Shown here: positions 1 to 12,600 of the stretch, piece by piece
How positions within the stretch are numbered: position 1 is the first letter of the stretch
Layout of the letters: the number at the start of each line of letters is the position of its first letter
Assembly: GCF_963506605.1 (NCBI RefSeq)
Contig: NC_083290.1
Location: 248,001 to 312,000, forward strand
Direction of reading: 5' to 3'
From: Zootoca vivipara
Lineage: Eukaryota
DNA length: 64,000 nucleotides
Translations under genes and position numbers: made by a program
Notes under the pieces: generated by a model
Told to the model about the DNA's origin: nothing
Database searches by the model: none
Seen by the model: the letters and a program-made list of their open reading frames with translations, nothing else

Positions 1-854
1 GAGGCTGTGCCAGAAACTTTCTGCCAATGTTTATTAAGCTATGCCTTTCTTTCTAAATTGACACCCAACCTCTGGCAACACTAATGTTACTCACTAATGC
101 TCACTCTTGTGCTTCTCCAAGCGATACCAGAGCCAGTCAAGTCACTCTCTGGTCCCTGTTGCAACATCAGACTTTGCTCTGCACTCTTTCTAATAAAGGA
201 CTCCGTTAATAAAGGATTCATCACTCATTAGAGGACCAACCTGTTGCATCTTTGCTCCTCTGCTCAGGACTTGCCTCTCCCTTTTTCTTGCTGACTCAGA
301 GGCTGTTCTCACCAGAGAGCAGGATCTTGCCCATTGCCCTGTCTGCCTGCTGGATCCCTCTCCGCATCCTCCATCAGACAGGCCTGTCCGCCTTCTTTAC
401 ATCTGCTTCTCTATACAAATGAAAATTATGTTGGTTGTTTCATTTAAATTTATCTGCCACTTGATTATTATTATTTTTTTAAAAAAGCAATGACCCCAAA
501 GCTGGTTTACAGAAGAGATAAAACAATGGAATTATTATTACAGTACTAAGAAAATATAGCAGCAATAAATTAAGAAATTTGAAAAGCTAAAATAACAAGG
601 GATCAAGACTCACATCAACTTTCCAAACATCTGGGTAGGCTTGTCGAAGCAAAAACGTTTCTAGCAGGTGCCGAAAAGAGTACAGCGAAGGCACCTGCCC
701 AATGTCAATAGGCAGGGAGTTCCAAAGATTGTAGGGGCAGCGGAGAGATGGTTTGCGGCCTGGGCTCGAGTGTTACTGTTCGCCTCCCCCAACTTGGAAA
801 GGAAGAGGATTGAGACTGCAAGTCCAAGAAGTATCTTTGGCTGGGCTGGCTTTG

Positions 855-995
855 GGAAGGGTCATCGTAGCTCAGGGGCAGAACACCTGCTTGGCATGCA
901 GAAGGCCTGGGTTCAGTCCCCAGTGGCATCTCCTGGGAGGGCTAGGAATGGCTCTCTTTCTGCCAGCGTAGACAGTACTGAGGTGGATGGAGCAA
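855..995 (+). mobile_element. Degenerate tRNA-derived SINE
   Basis: tRNA-like head GTAGCTCAGGGGCAGAACACCTGCTTGGCATGCAGAAGG...GGTTCAGTCCCC. Similar decayed copies recur at ~5570, 14370, 33650(-), 53380. Confidence 0.55.
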
Positions 996-1785
996 CTCCT
1001 GCCTCGTTGCATGTGATGTAGGAGTTGCCAAGCCTCTGCCACGCCCAGCCCCAGCTGCTCATTACCCCATGGGCAGTCTGCACACTCCCTTCCTGACACC
1101 TTGATTAAGGAGAGTCAGAAGCTCCTCTCCAGGCCTCAGCCCTCCGGAGCAATAGGGGTGCCCCTGGGGCCCCCCGTTTCCAGCAGAGCAACAGCCGCAG
1201 AGGAGCTGTGCATTGGAGGCAGGAGGTGAGAGGAGGAACTGGTGGAAGCAGACCAGCAGCCTCTCTTCACACCCACCTTCTCTCTCAGGAGAAGCAAGGA
1301 GGGAGGGAGCCACAGGCAGATCAGCTGAGCTCCAGGGAAACCGAATCCAAGGCCGTGAGTACTTGCTTTTCCCTCGCTGGCACTGCCACAGGCCACTTCC
1401 CTGGCAGTACAGGCTGCAGGAGGTACAAGGGATGGGGCTTCCCTCCAAGCCTGAAGGGTGGCCAGCATCTGATTTTCCCCCTGGGGACAGAGAACCCGTC
1501 TTGCCTTTGGGAGGCTGCTGCTTCCTCCCTGGCGTTGTCTGCTGGGCTCTCAGCAGCCAGCCTGGGCTCATAGCTAGGGGTGAGGAGGATGCTGCAGGGA
1601 TCTGGAGGGCAGCCACAGATGTTTCCCTGTGCTCTGTTGGAAGGGCCTCTAGCAATGAGGAACACCTTTCCCGCCTGCCACAATCCTAGCTTAGGTGATC
1701 AGGCCGGTTGTTAGAAGGCAGCATCCCAAGTACTCAGGTAGAATGTCGCCTTGCAAACGGAAGGTCCCCAGGTTCAATTCCCAAT

Positions 1786-1901
1786 GGCATGCACATGAAA
1801 GCTTATACCCAGAACAAACTTAGTTGGTCTCTAAGGTGCTACTGGACAATTTTTTAATTTATTTTGACTGCGTCAGACCACCACGGCTACCTACCTGAAT
1901 C
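1786..1901 (+). mobile_element. Penelope-like element terminal remnant
   Basis: CATGCACATGAAAGCTTATACC...TTAGTTGGTCTCTAAGGTGCTAC...CAGACCACCACGGCTACCTACCTG is the same family as 26174-26407 and 55857-55988. Confidence 0.6.
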
Positions 1902-2385
1902 CTGTCCTGGAGAGAAAGGGATGTAGCAGAAGCAATAGATGTGAAAAGGATCTCAGGGTCTTAGTAGATCACAAGCTTAACGCAAGTCAACAGTGTGATG
2001 CAGGAGCAAAAAAAGCAAATGCCATCTTGGGCTGAATCAACAGAAGTCTAGTGTCCAGATCAAGGGAAGTCATAGTCCCACTCTCTTCTGCCTTGGTCAG
2101 GCCGCACCTGGAATACTGTGTCCAGTTCCGGGTGCCACAATTTAAGATGTTGACAAGTGGGAATGTGTGCAAAGCTAAGATTATCGAAGGTCTGGAAACC
2201 AAGCCTTATGAGGAGCACTTGAAGGAGCTAGGATAGGATAGCCATCTTCAAATACCTGAAAGGCTGTCACAGGGAACCTCCTTTGAACCCTCCCTTTGAA
2301 CCTCCTTTGTTGGAGGTTTTTCAGCAGAGGTTGGGTGGCGGTCATCTGCTAAGGATGCTTTAGCTGGGACTCCTGATTCTATTAT
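1900..2385 (+). mobile_element. CR1 LINE 3' fragment (decayed)
   Basis: Translates to [23 protein letters not shown], the CR1 ORF2 C-terminus. Confidence 0.85.
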
Positions 2386-3688
2386 TCTTTCTCTTTTCAA
2401 TTTCTGATACTGTACTGAAAATCAAGGGAGGTGGGGGTGGGCAGGCACACAGACATCTGACTTAGATTTGCTGCTGCATTTGCAAGGTTGGTTGGTTTGT
2501 TAAATTTTTATGTCGCCCTTCATCCGTAGATCTCGGGTGGTTCACAACATAAAAATACATGATCAGAACACAAAATACCTGATAAAAACAAGAACCAAAG
2601 AAACCCTCACAAACCAATAAACCCCCCTCCCCACAAACACATTTAATATATAGATATAGGATGTTAATCAGCCTAAGGCCTGTCCCCCCCCCCAACTTTC
2701 TAACCTCAGGAGAATTTTTCCTCACTGGCTTTGGGAGAATGCTCCCCCCCCCAATGTTGCAAAATTCTCTTAAATTTTAGGCAGGGCTTCCTCACCTGCT
2801 GGAAAAGGCCTTCACTGGCATCCCTGGGTAGAGGCCCCAGATGCTGAGCTTTCATTAAAACAAAAACAAAACCCCAAGTTTCTGGCCCTCCGAGAAAGGA
2901 AGTTATGAAGAAAAGCATGCCTGCACCCTTCTGTGCCATTTCTGTCCCATCCGCCAACTCAGTTGCTCCCACCTGTCAGTGTTTCTGGCCCAGGAGTGAT
3001 GTTAAAGCTGTAAGAAACAAGTGAGCCGTCTGGATAACAGGAATTCCTGGGGTCCCCAGGAGCTGCTGTTTCCCTTTCCCTTTAGTGCCCTTTTCCTGCT
3101 TCGGACTTCCTTTTTCATCCTTGGATCTCTGTAGCTTGCCATTCTTTTCCTCCTAGCAACCAGAATGTATCTTTCCTAGTGGGTTCGCCTGAGATCTGGT
3201 AGTCCCCAGAAGCCATTTTCTGAAAATGCTACTACACAATAAGTGACTCCGGGGGAAACAAGGCAAAGGAGTGGTAGGGAGTTCCCTTGTGCCCAGTTAT
3301 TTCTCCTTTGTAGAAGGGGGGGAGTTTAGGGTCTGCTGCTGGGGGTGGGCCAGTTCCCTGAAGGGCATCTGGGCCAAAGGCAGGAGATCTCCCCGCCATC
3401 TTCTTCTTCTCCAAGGAATGTTTTCATGGACTTTTCAACAGGCGATTCAGTGGTTTGGGAGGACCCCAAGCTTTGCTAGCTCAGCTCTGGGTCTGGCTTG
3501 CACCCGAGGCCAGACCTGCAGTTGTTTGTGGGCAAATGGTGCAAGAGGGCAGTTGCCTCCCTGGCTTTCCTTGTTCAAGGCAGAAGTTATTTTGGTGGGG
3601 GGCAGACAAGAGAGGCTGCTCAGGGAGGGAGGGTCTGCCCTTGTCTTCTCTGCCTGACCTTGTTTCTTCTGGGCCTCCAGCAGGAGCC

Positions 3689-6600
3689 ATGGAAGGGGGA
3701 GACACGGTGGTGACACAGCAGGTCTGCCAGGAGGACGACATGTATGACGGAGAGTGAGTAGCATCTTGTAGCGGTAAAAGCATTGCTGCGTTTGTTTGGG
3801 CTGTATGAACAGAAGCAGGGCCACCATGGAAGACCACCAAGCAAGACACAGAGGGAACAACCCTTTCCTGCCACTTCTCCCCCGGCTGCCTCTGTCCCTG
3901 GAGGTTCCACATGAAGCTCCTGAGGCTAATAACCAAGGATTGACTTCTCCTTCTTGCATGGATCTGTCTAGTCTTTAGATACACACACACAGGGAAGTGT
4001 TCTCCCTCTCCCTCTCCCTCTCCCTCTCCCTCTCCCTCTCCCTCTCCCTCTCCCTCTCCCTCGGGATGACTTCCTTCCTTCCCTGCTCCCCCCACCCAGC
4101 CCTCCTGCTACTAACTTCTGCCTCCTCTTCCTGCTGTTTCTGCTTGGCTACCCAGCCCCTCCCAGTTCTGCCCTTTTATAGACCTGCAGACTGTATGCAT
4201 TTTGCGTGGGGGGGGGGGACAGGACAGGACACATTTTTAAGGCTGCCAAGTTCCCCATCTGCCTTCCCACTTTTACAATATATGCATCGGCCTTGTGCAA
4301 GGGTTGCTTTCTTTTCCATTACTGTTTCTTAAGCCACCGGGCTGCCCAGGACAGGAGCTGAGCCAGGCGGCATGTTATGAGCTGAGCCTGCATGTTATGC
4401 AAAGGCCTTTGCATAATTCCTGCTCGGGTCTTATACAAGCCTCCCCACCCGTCTGCACATGTCTCCGAGGCCTTGCAGAGTTGTCTGGCAGCTCAGGTTC
4501 AGCAAAGGCTTCTTTTCTTGCTTTCGCATTCGCTCGTTTCACAGCCAGCTAGACATCTTGTCATTTGCAAACGGTACAGAATCCACCCTGCAGACCTGGT
4601 GCAGCATTTGGACCTCTGAGTCAACACAGAGATTGGAGCATCTGCCCTGGTCCTCTGGCCTTCGCTGTTGTGGAGGCAGGAGATTGGGCAAGGGGGGCGG
4701 CTGGCAGCCGGACAATCCCTGCCTGCCTGCAGGACTCCTTTGCAGGCTCCTCTTGGACCCTAAACACTGGAGTCCCTGGCTCCCTTGGAAGTGGGGGGTG
4801 GGGGGATCCAGTTCCTAGGAAACTCCTCTGTAGAGCATCACCCCATTCCCCCCAAATAGGCTTCTGGAGGGCTACCTGTCTCCCTTCCGCTTGCAGGATG
4901 CGAGAGGTGGAGGTGGCCGGGCACCCGGTGTTGCTCGTGAGGGACCACCTGCAGTTCAGCGCTCTAGGGAGCAGGTGCACCCATGCCGGAGCCCCCCTCT
5001 GCAAAGGTAAGGGGGTGCCTCTCTCCCCTCTCTCCTCCCCCCTGCCAGTTTCTCTCTCTCTCCTGCTCAGCTGGTCTCTCCTTCTGAATTCCAGGCTACT
5101 TGGGACGGGGACGGATCCGCTGCCCCTGGCACGGGGCTTGCTTCAGCCTCAAGACGGGGGACATTGAGGAATACCCTACCCTGGACTGCCTCACATCCTT
5201 CAAGGTGCGCTCTGATCCTGGCTGCCGGGGCTTCCTTGCACAGAGAGCCAAGGGAGCTTTTTCGTCTTGAGAGGGAGGGGGAGGCCTCCACTGTGGTCCT
5301 TCTGCGCAGCTTCCTTGCCCGGGTGGAAGGGGCTGCTGGGGGTGCCTGTGCAGCACTGCATGCCCAATTGAGAGCCAGGATCTTGGAAGGACAGCCTCCC
5401 CTCCCAGGCCCCGCTGCTTATCTCGTTGCCCCTTCGGACGGATGGCGGGGCCTTTTCTCCTGTGGCACCAGAGCTTGTGGTGCTCCCTTTCAAGAGCGGC
5501 TGGCTTGCCTTCTTCTCTCAAGGCCTTTAGGCAGGCTGTGGAAGGGCTGACTTCTTCAGGCCCTGGATCTGCCCTCAGCTCTCAGGCTCCGTGGCAGAGC
5601 AGCTGCTCTGCATGCAGAAGATCCACAGTTCAACCCGGAGAGAGGCTAAGATTCCTTGCCTGAAATCCCAGAGAGGCATTGCTGCAGGTCAGAGTAGAGG
5701 ATACTAAGCTCAATAGACCAAGGGTCTGACTCAGTTGTGCCATGTGAATTATTATGGCTATAAGCTGTCTTTGGTGGCCTGAAGGCACCAAAATGAGCAT
5801 ATAAATCAGTGTGTGTTTTAGTGCCTGTGCACGCCTGGCAGCCGGAATCCTGGCCTTTGGTCAGCCTCAGTAGAGGGAGGCCAGTCCACAAATGCTGCCG
5901 TGGGAAAGAGGATGGCTCCATGTGGCCCCACTCACTTCCCTTGGAGGTGAGGAGTCCCACAAATGCAGGACTCGCCTGGGCTTTGATTTCCTCTGGAAGG
6001 AAAAGTCACAGAAGACTTAGAAGCATTTTGTGGCATTTGCATTCACTTACCAGTACTGCATACAGGCTGAGCACAGGTGGAGTCGGCAGGCACAGCTTCA
6101 CACACCCAAAATGCACTTCTCTCCCCCCCCCATCAGATCCCTGGAGGGAGTTAGGGAGCCACCAAAAGATGTCTGTGGCCACTTCCTACAGACCTTCAAG
6201 GGATAGTTGCAGCCCCATTAACCCTCTCCTGTCCAAGCTCCACTCAGTATCCTTTGGGTCTCTGCAGGTGACTGTGGACGGTGGGCATGTGTATGTCACG
6301 GCCAAGATTAAGGTAAGGAACTCTGACTCCCCTCCCCTCCTCACGGCTGGATGCCAGGGGTGCCATGGGGCTCCACGTTGGCTACCTGTCCTTCTTCTTG
6401 CCCAGCCACAGCCCAGGCTCACACCCTTCTTCTCCCCACCTGCCCCCCCCCCACTTTCTGGCAGGACCTGGAGAGCAGCCACAGGGTGAAGCCCATGAGC
6501 AAACGGAACCCTCTCAACAGCCAGACAGCGCTGCTCCTGGGGGCAGGTGAGTCCAGGAGGGCCAAGGCTGGGGTGTGTGTGTGTGTGTCAGCCAGAGTGC

Positions 6601-9600
6601 CAAAGAGTCGTCACTGCTCACCAGACAGCCCTCTTCTTCCTAGGGCCCGCAGCCCTGACCTGCGGCGAGATCCTTCGCCAAGAGGGCTTTACTGGCAGAA
6701 TCGTCATGGTGACCCGGGAGAACCACCTGCCCTATGACAAGACGAAGCTGAGCAAGGTCTCGGGGGGGGGGGGCTGGGGCAGGGGCATGAGCAGTGGGGC
6801 CTGAAAACGCTGAGGGTGGGAAGTCTCTTTGCCCCTCATTCATTACACCAGGGATCACCCAAGGTTTTCAGGGGGCCCAGGCTTTCAGCTTTTGTTTTTG
6901 AGTAAGTCTCTAGCTTCCGTAGAAGGAAAGTTACGGGCCAAGAGGTGGAGGCACCTTTGAAGTGATTTCTGAGAACTGAGAGGGTGGTGTGGCTGCCTTG
7001 CCCATTTTTCCTGGCACAGAGGATCAGTATGGTGGGATCTGCCCACCCAGGACCAGCAGGAGGCACTGGCCTTCCCTGGGTAGGCATAAAGCTGCCCGGG
7101 TGCAGGGTGGGCATGACAGTTGTTTTAATGGTGTATGATACCACATTCTGCATGGCAGCCATTTTGTGGCTGGTGCCCAAGGCACTACCTGTGCCCACTT
7201 GCCCAAAAAGATGGGAACCCCCTGTGCCACACGATGGCATTTATATACTGCCCTTTAGCAGGAACCTCACCCAGCCAACCCCACCACTTTTTAAAGCCCC
7301 TGCTTTAGAAGACTGCTGGGGTGGGGAGAGATGAGCTGGGTGCTCCCCGTCTTCAAAGGTGTCTCCTCCCAGGCAGCTTTGGAACGCCCTGCTTATTGAA
7401 GCCAGACAGGCTCCCTCTTTGCTGTCTCTCCACCAATAGGTGAAGTCCTTTGGTTGCTTTTTAATGAAGTTTTTATTGCAGTTATTTGTATGTTTTAATA
7501 ATAATAATAATAATAATTTATTATTTATACCCCGCCCATCTGGCCGGGTTCCCCCAGCCACTCTAATAGATTATATAGACCAATCTAAGGGACCCAGGTG
7601 GCGCTGTGGGTTAAACCACTGAGCCTAGGGCTTGCTGATCAGAAGGTCGGCGGTTCAAATCTCTGCAACGGGGTGAGCTCCCATTGCTCGGTCCCAGCTC
7701 CTGCCCACCTAGCAGTTTGAAAGCACATCAAAGTGCAAGTAGATAAATAGGGACCGCTCCGGCGGGAAGGTAAACGGCGTTTCCGTGCGCTGCTCTGGTT
7801 TGCCAGAAGCAGCTTTGTCATGCTGGCCACATGACCCGGAAGCTGTCTGCGGACAAACGCTGGCTCCCTCGGCCTATAGAGCGAGATGAGCGCCGCAACC
7901 CCAGAGTCGGACATGACTGTACCTGATGCTCAGGGGCCCCTTTACCTTTTATAGATCAATCTATAAAGGTAAAGGGACCCCTGACCATTTGGTCCACTTG
8001 TGACCGACTCTGGGGTTGCAGCGCTCATCTCGCGTTATTGGCAGAGGGAGCCAGCGTACAGCTTCCAGGTCATGTGGCCAAAATAACCCTGCTATAAAGC
8101 AGGTCTCCTTCCTTTGCTGTTCATAGGCATTGGGTACCAAAGCAACAGACATCTACCTGCGGTCTCAGAGCTTCCTGGATGCTCACAACATCGAAGTCTG
8201 GATGGAGAAAGAGGCGAGTGGGGTTGCCACCTGCGAGGGGAGGGGGGAGATTAGGACACTGGTGTCACAGGGTGGCATCGCATTCCAGACCCTGTCTTGG
8301 GGAAAGGAGACATCCCCCACTAGCATGGATGATGCACCTTTGCATAAGGAGGGGCCTCATGCCATGCAAAATGGGGTGCCCCCATTTCAGAACAATGGAA
8401 AGGAAAAACAGACAGAAAGGCAGGATGAGGAGGAGCTAGCAGGGTTGACCCTTGTCCTGCAGAATGAGGCCATTTAAGGACTGTGGTCAAAGGATCAACG
8501 GAGGATGATGTTAAGGGCAGATTTAGTTCATGGGGTGGACTAGATGACTCTTGGGGTCCCTTCCAACTCTACTGCTCTAGGACTCTGTCTATCCTCCATC
8601 CCTCCATCCCAGCCCCACTTTGGGTCTTCTCTTTGGCCTGGCTGCAGGTGGCATCTCTGGACCTGGATGGCAAAAGGGCAGAGTTCAGTGACGGGACCTG
8701 GCAGAGCTACGACCACCTGCTGATTGCCACGGGCAGCAGGTAGGCACTGCCCCCTCCCATGCACAAGGGTACAGGATTGCGCCCAGAAACTGCTCACGCT
8801 ACTGAAATCCCGTTGCAAAACGTGCCTAGAACAATGGGAGTTTCGAACGCTACCCCTACCATAAGCCAAGCCATCTTGCTCATACCCCTCTCCTCTTGCC
8901 CTCGCTCAGCCCCAGGCGTCTCCAGTGCCCAGGCGCCAACCTCCAGAACGTCTGCGTCCTCCTCACCCCTGAAGATTCCAGCCGGATCCTGCGCTTGGCA
9001 ACGGGCAAGAGGGTGGCAATTGTGGGAGCGTCCTTCATCGGTATGGGAATCGGGTGCACTCAGTTTGGCAAGCAGCAGAGGCGAAGGGGAAGGCAGGGAC
9101 AGAGCAGCTGCAGGGGCCTGGCTCTAAGGAACCGTCTGTGAAGCAGGCACCTAGGGGCAAAGAGATGCAGCTGGCCTCTCCCCCCTGAGTGAGGCACCTC
9201 CTCTCCTCCTTGTAGGCATGGAAGTGGCCGCCAGCCTGGTGGGCAAAGCCGCTTGCATCGAGGTGATTGAGAGGGCAGAGTGCCCATACCATGCAGCCCT
9301 GGGCTGCCAGGTGGGCCACGTGGCCATGAAGGTGAGCAGCCCAGGCATGGAGCCAGAGGGATTTCTAGAGAGGGAAGAGGTGGGAGCTCAGGGCCAGAGT
9401 GCCTGCTTGGCATGGCCCAGGCCCCAGCTCTGATGGTGGATTGGACCTTCCTCCCCCCCCCCCCACTGCTGAGGCTTGGCTAGGAGGTGGTCTTGGAACA
9501 GCTCCAGGCTGGGCTATGGGGTAACCTCTTGGAATGAGAAGTAGAGGGTGGGGGGGTAAATGCCACACCTCTCTTGTGGGCATTTTCTGGCACCTGTGAT

Positions 9601-12600
9601 GCCCACCCCAGGCCCTCCCAGAGCACCCCAGTGTAGCTGCATCCCAGGAGAAGGTGCAGGCTGCCTGTCCTCGCTGGGAGCTCCAAGGTTAACACCTGTG
9701 TCTCCTTCCGCTTCTGTAGATGCTTCAGGTGCAGGGAGTGAAGTTCCACCTGAAGGCAGAAGTGACAGAGCTGCAAGGCGAAGGAGGAAAGGTCTGTGAG
9801 GGGGGGGGCAGGGCAGGGGTAGAGCTCAGCAACCACAAAAGTGGCAGGTCCTCCAATCACAGCTGCCTTCCTCCTCCTCTTCCTTCCCTACCCCCAGGTC
9901 ACGCAGGTCCTTCTGAGCAATGGGCAGGTGATCCTCACCGATGTGGTGGTGGTGGGAATAGGTGAGTCGAAGGGTTGGGGTATATGGAGGGATGGTGGTG
10001 TTTTCTCCTCCCCCCACACCCAAAAAAGCTGGAAGCCCTTTCCACACTCTGGCAACAAGGTAAGGTGCTCTTGAAGCAGCCACTTGCCACCCACCCATTG
10101 CAGAACTGGAATGATTTTCTTTCTTTCTCTATATGTTTCTATTTATTTTTCAAGAATAATATCTAGGCACAGAATAACAAAAATGTCTTCAGCGATACAG
10201 AAGATGTCAAGGCAATAAGCAACTACAGTATTTTACTTTTAAAAGACAACTGAATGCGGCCCTGTTTAGGGAAGTTTTTAATGTTTGATGCTGTATTGTT
10301 TTTAATATTCGGTTGGAAGCCACTCAGAGTGGCTGGGGAAACCCAGCCAGATGGGCGGGGTATAAATAATAAATTATTATTACATATCCTTTGCCATTTT
10401 AGCTACAATGATTTCTAGCATGTCATGCCAGTTGTTCAGAGCCCAGCAGGGTCACAATCTTGCTCTGAAAGGGGGAGCTTAGTGCCCCCCCCTGCAAACA
10501 CATAAACACACACACACAGAGAGGAAATAATTTGTAAGTCACATGGCTTGGCAGGGAGGGATCAGGCCAGGGCTTCAGCAATGCCAGGCTAGAGGCCAGG
10601 CTAAAGCACTTTGGTGCCAGCTGGGCATGGCCACCACCTGACTCCCCCCTCTCACCCCCAGGAGTGACCCCCAATTCCAGCTTCCTTCAGGACAGCTCCA
10701 TTGTGCTGGACCGCAGAGGCGCAGTCGTTGTGGATTTGGTAAGCGGAGGATTCAGAGGACCCCCTCCCTCTCCCCTCTCCCCATCTCTGACCAGCCTCTC
10801 CTTTGCCCCCCCCCCAGTTCATGCAGACCAGCGCCCCCTCTGTCTTCGCTGCTGGGGACGTGGCCTCCTTCCCCGTGGCTCTGCTCGGAGGGAAAAACAT
10901 CGACATCTGCCACTGGCAAATCGCCCAAGCCCACGGTAAGCACTACAGGAGTGGGGAAGGAATGTGCACACCCCTCGGGGCAAGTACAGCATTTGCAGAA
11001 TTAACTGCCCAGAGCCTAGAGCTTTCATGTGTTTCTTTCTAAAGAAACATCAGGTTTCTAGTCCTTATTGACCGCAGAGAATAGAGTAGAGGATTGCTTT
11101 CTTGAGGAAGTCTCTGAAACCAGGGGGCAGGCAGAGAGAGCAGAAGAAAAGCCAGAAAGGGGTGGGGGCAGTCAGATAGAGGTCACAACTGTCCCTGCTC
11201 AGTCGCTGTGTCCTCAGAGTGGTCCCTAGAGAACTGACCACAGCCCCCCTCCATCCTTCCCTACTTCTCTTTCTCCCCCCCAGGCCGCGTGGCTGCCCTC
11301 AACATGCTGCAGAGGCAGGAGAAGCTGCACACGGTGCCTTTCTTCTGGACCAAGCTGCAGGCCAAGAGCATCCGCTACGCAGGTAGGTGAGGGGGCGGGA
11401 CACATACCAGCCTCCTGCCCCAAAGCCAGCCAGAGAGGCAGAGGAGCCAACCAACTGGCAGTGCCCCATATTCCCAGCCCTACATCTGTAAGAACCCAGT
11501 CATTTAGTGTGGCAGCGCCTACACTTTGGAACTCGCTGCCTATTGATATCAAGCGGGAGCCTTCACTGTACTCGTTTTGGCACCTGCAAAAAGCATTCTT
11601 GTTTAGACAATCTTGTCCAGGTGCTTATAGAGTTGAGCTGATTTTTAATCTGTTTTAGCATTTTTACTTTTGTCTGTTTTAAGGTACTGCCGCATTATTA
11701 TTTTCTTCATTTCTATCTTTTAGTAAATCCACTTGGCAGTTTGCCTGGGTTTTTTTAGTCTAGCGCTATATGAATTTTATGAAATTTTCTTATTTATACC
11801 AACCCCACCCATCTGGCTGGGTTTCGCCAGCCACTCTGAGCAGATTCCAGCAAAATATAAAAACATAATATCTGCATAAACGACCTAGAGAAAGCCATCC
11901 TAGAGCTTTGAGCCTCATGTCCAGGAGGTGTCTCAGTTCTCTGCCAGCTCCCTGCCAACTATCTTGTTGGATCCCAAAACTTTGCTGCCCTTTTGCCTGA
12001 CAGGCTGCGGGATTGGCTACACTGAGACAGTGCTCAGAGGAGATCTGAGCCAGGAGAAGTTCCTCATCTTCTACATCAGGTGAGTCAAGAGCTCCGCTTG
12101 GTCATTGGCAGGGGGGTGGCTGAGCAGGGCCCCCAGTTGCCAGTGCAGAAGCCCCCGTGCCCAGCACTGCAGAGAAGCAACTGCCTGCTTTGGATTGGAT
12201 TGGTTGCATTTCTGTGCTGCTTTCCACTCAGATGAAACCCAAAGCGGCTCACAAAACAATGAACAACAATAACAGAACACAACAAGTACAGCACAAACCA
12301 TTTAATTAATAATCAGTAAAACAATTGCAATTTATGAAATTCGTTCAGCAATCTGGAACCTATAAAATAAGCTAAACATCAGAATTACAGCATAAGGCAT
12401 ATCGTATGATTTCCAAATCAGCAATATAGCATTTTCTGATCTACAAAACAGTATTTTCTTTGGGTGGGGGTTAAGGATAGAGCATTAATGCTGGTGACGC
12501 TCCAAACTGTCTTGAGGCAGGGGCAGATAAAACCCTTTTCTTCCCCACCCCCCTCAGGTTGATGTGCATTCTAACTCCTATTGCCTGGAAGGGGAGACAG

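Noticed and set aside
865-935. tRNA gene candidates (also ~5570, ~53380 and the Sauria SINE heads)
   Set aside because: Degenerate A/B boxes without a full cloverleaf; these are SINE heads.
1-3600. TLCD2, expected from human synteny, and a possible LTR or gene 3' end at 1-230 (two AATAAA)
   Set aside because: No TLCD2-like translation seen. The 1-230 segment is cut by the window edge and cannot be classified.
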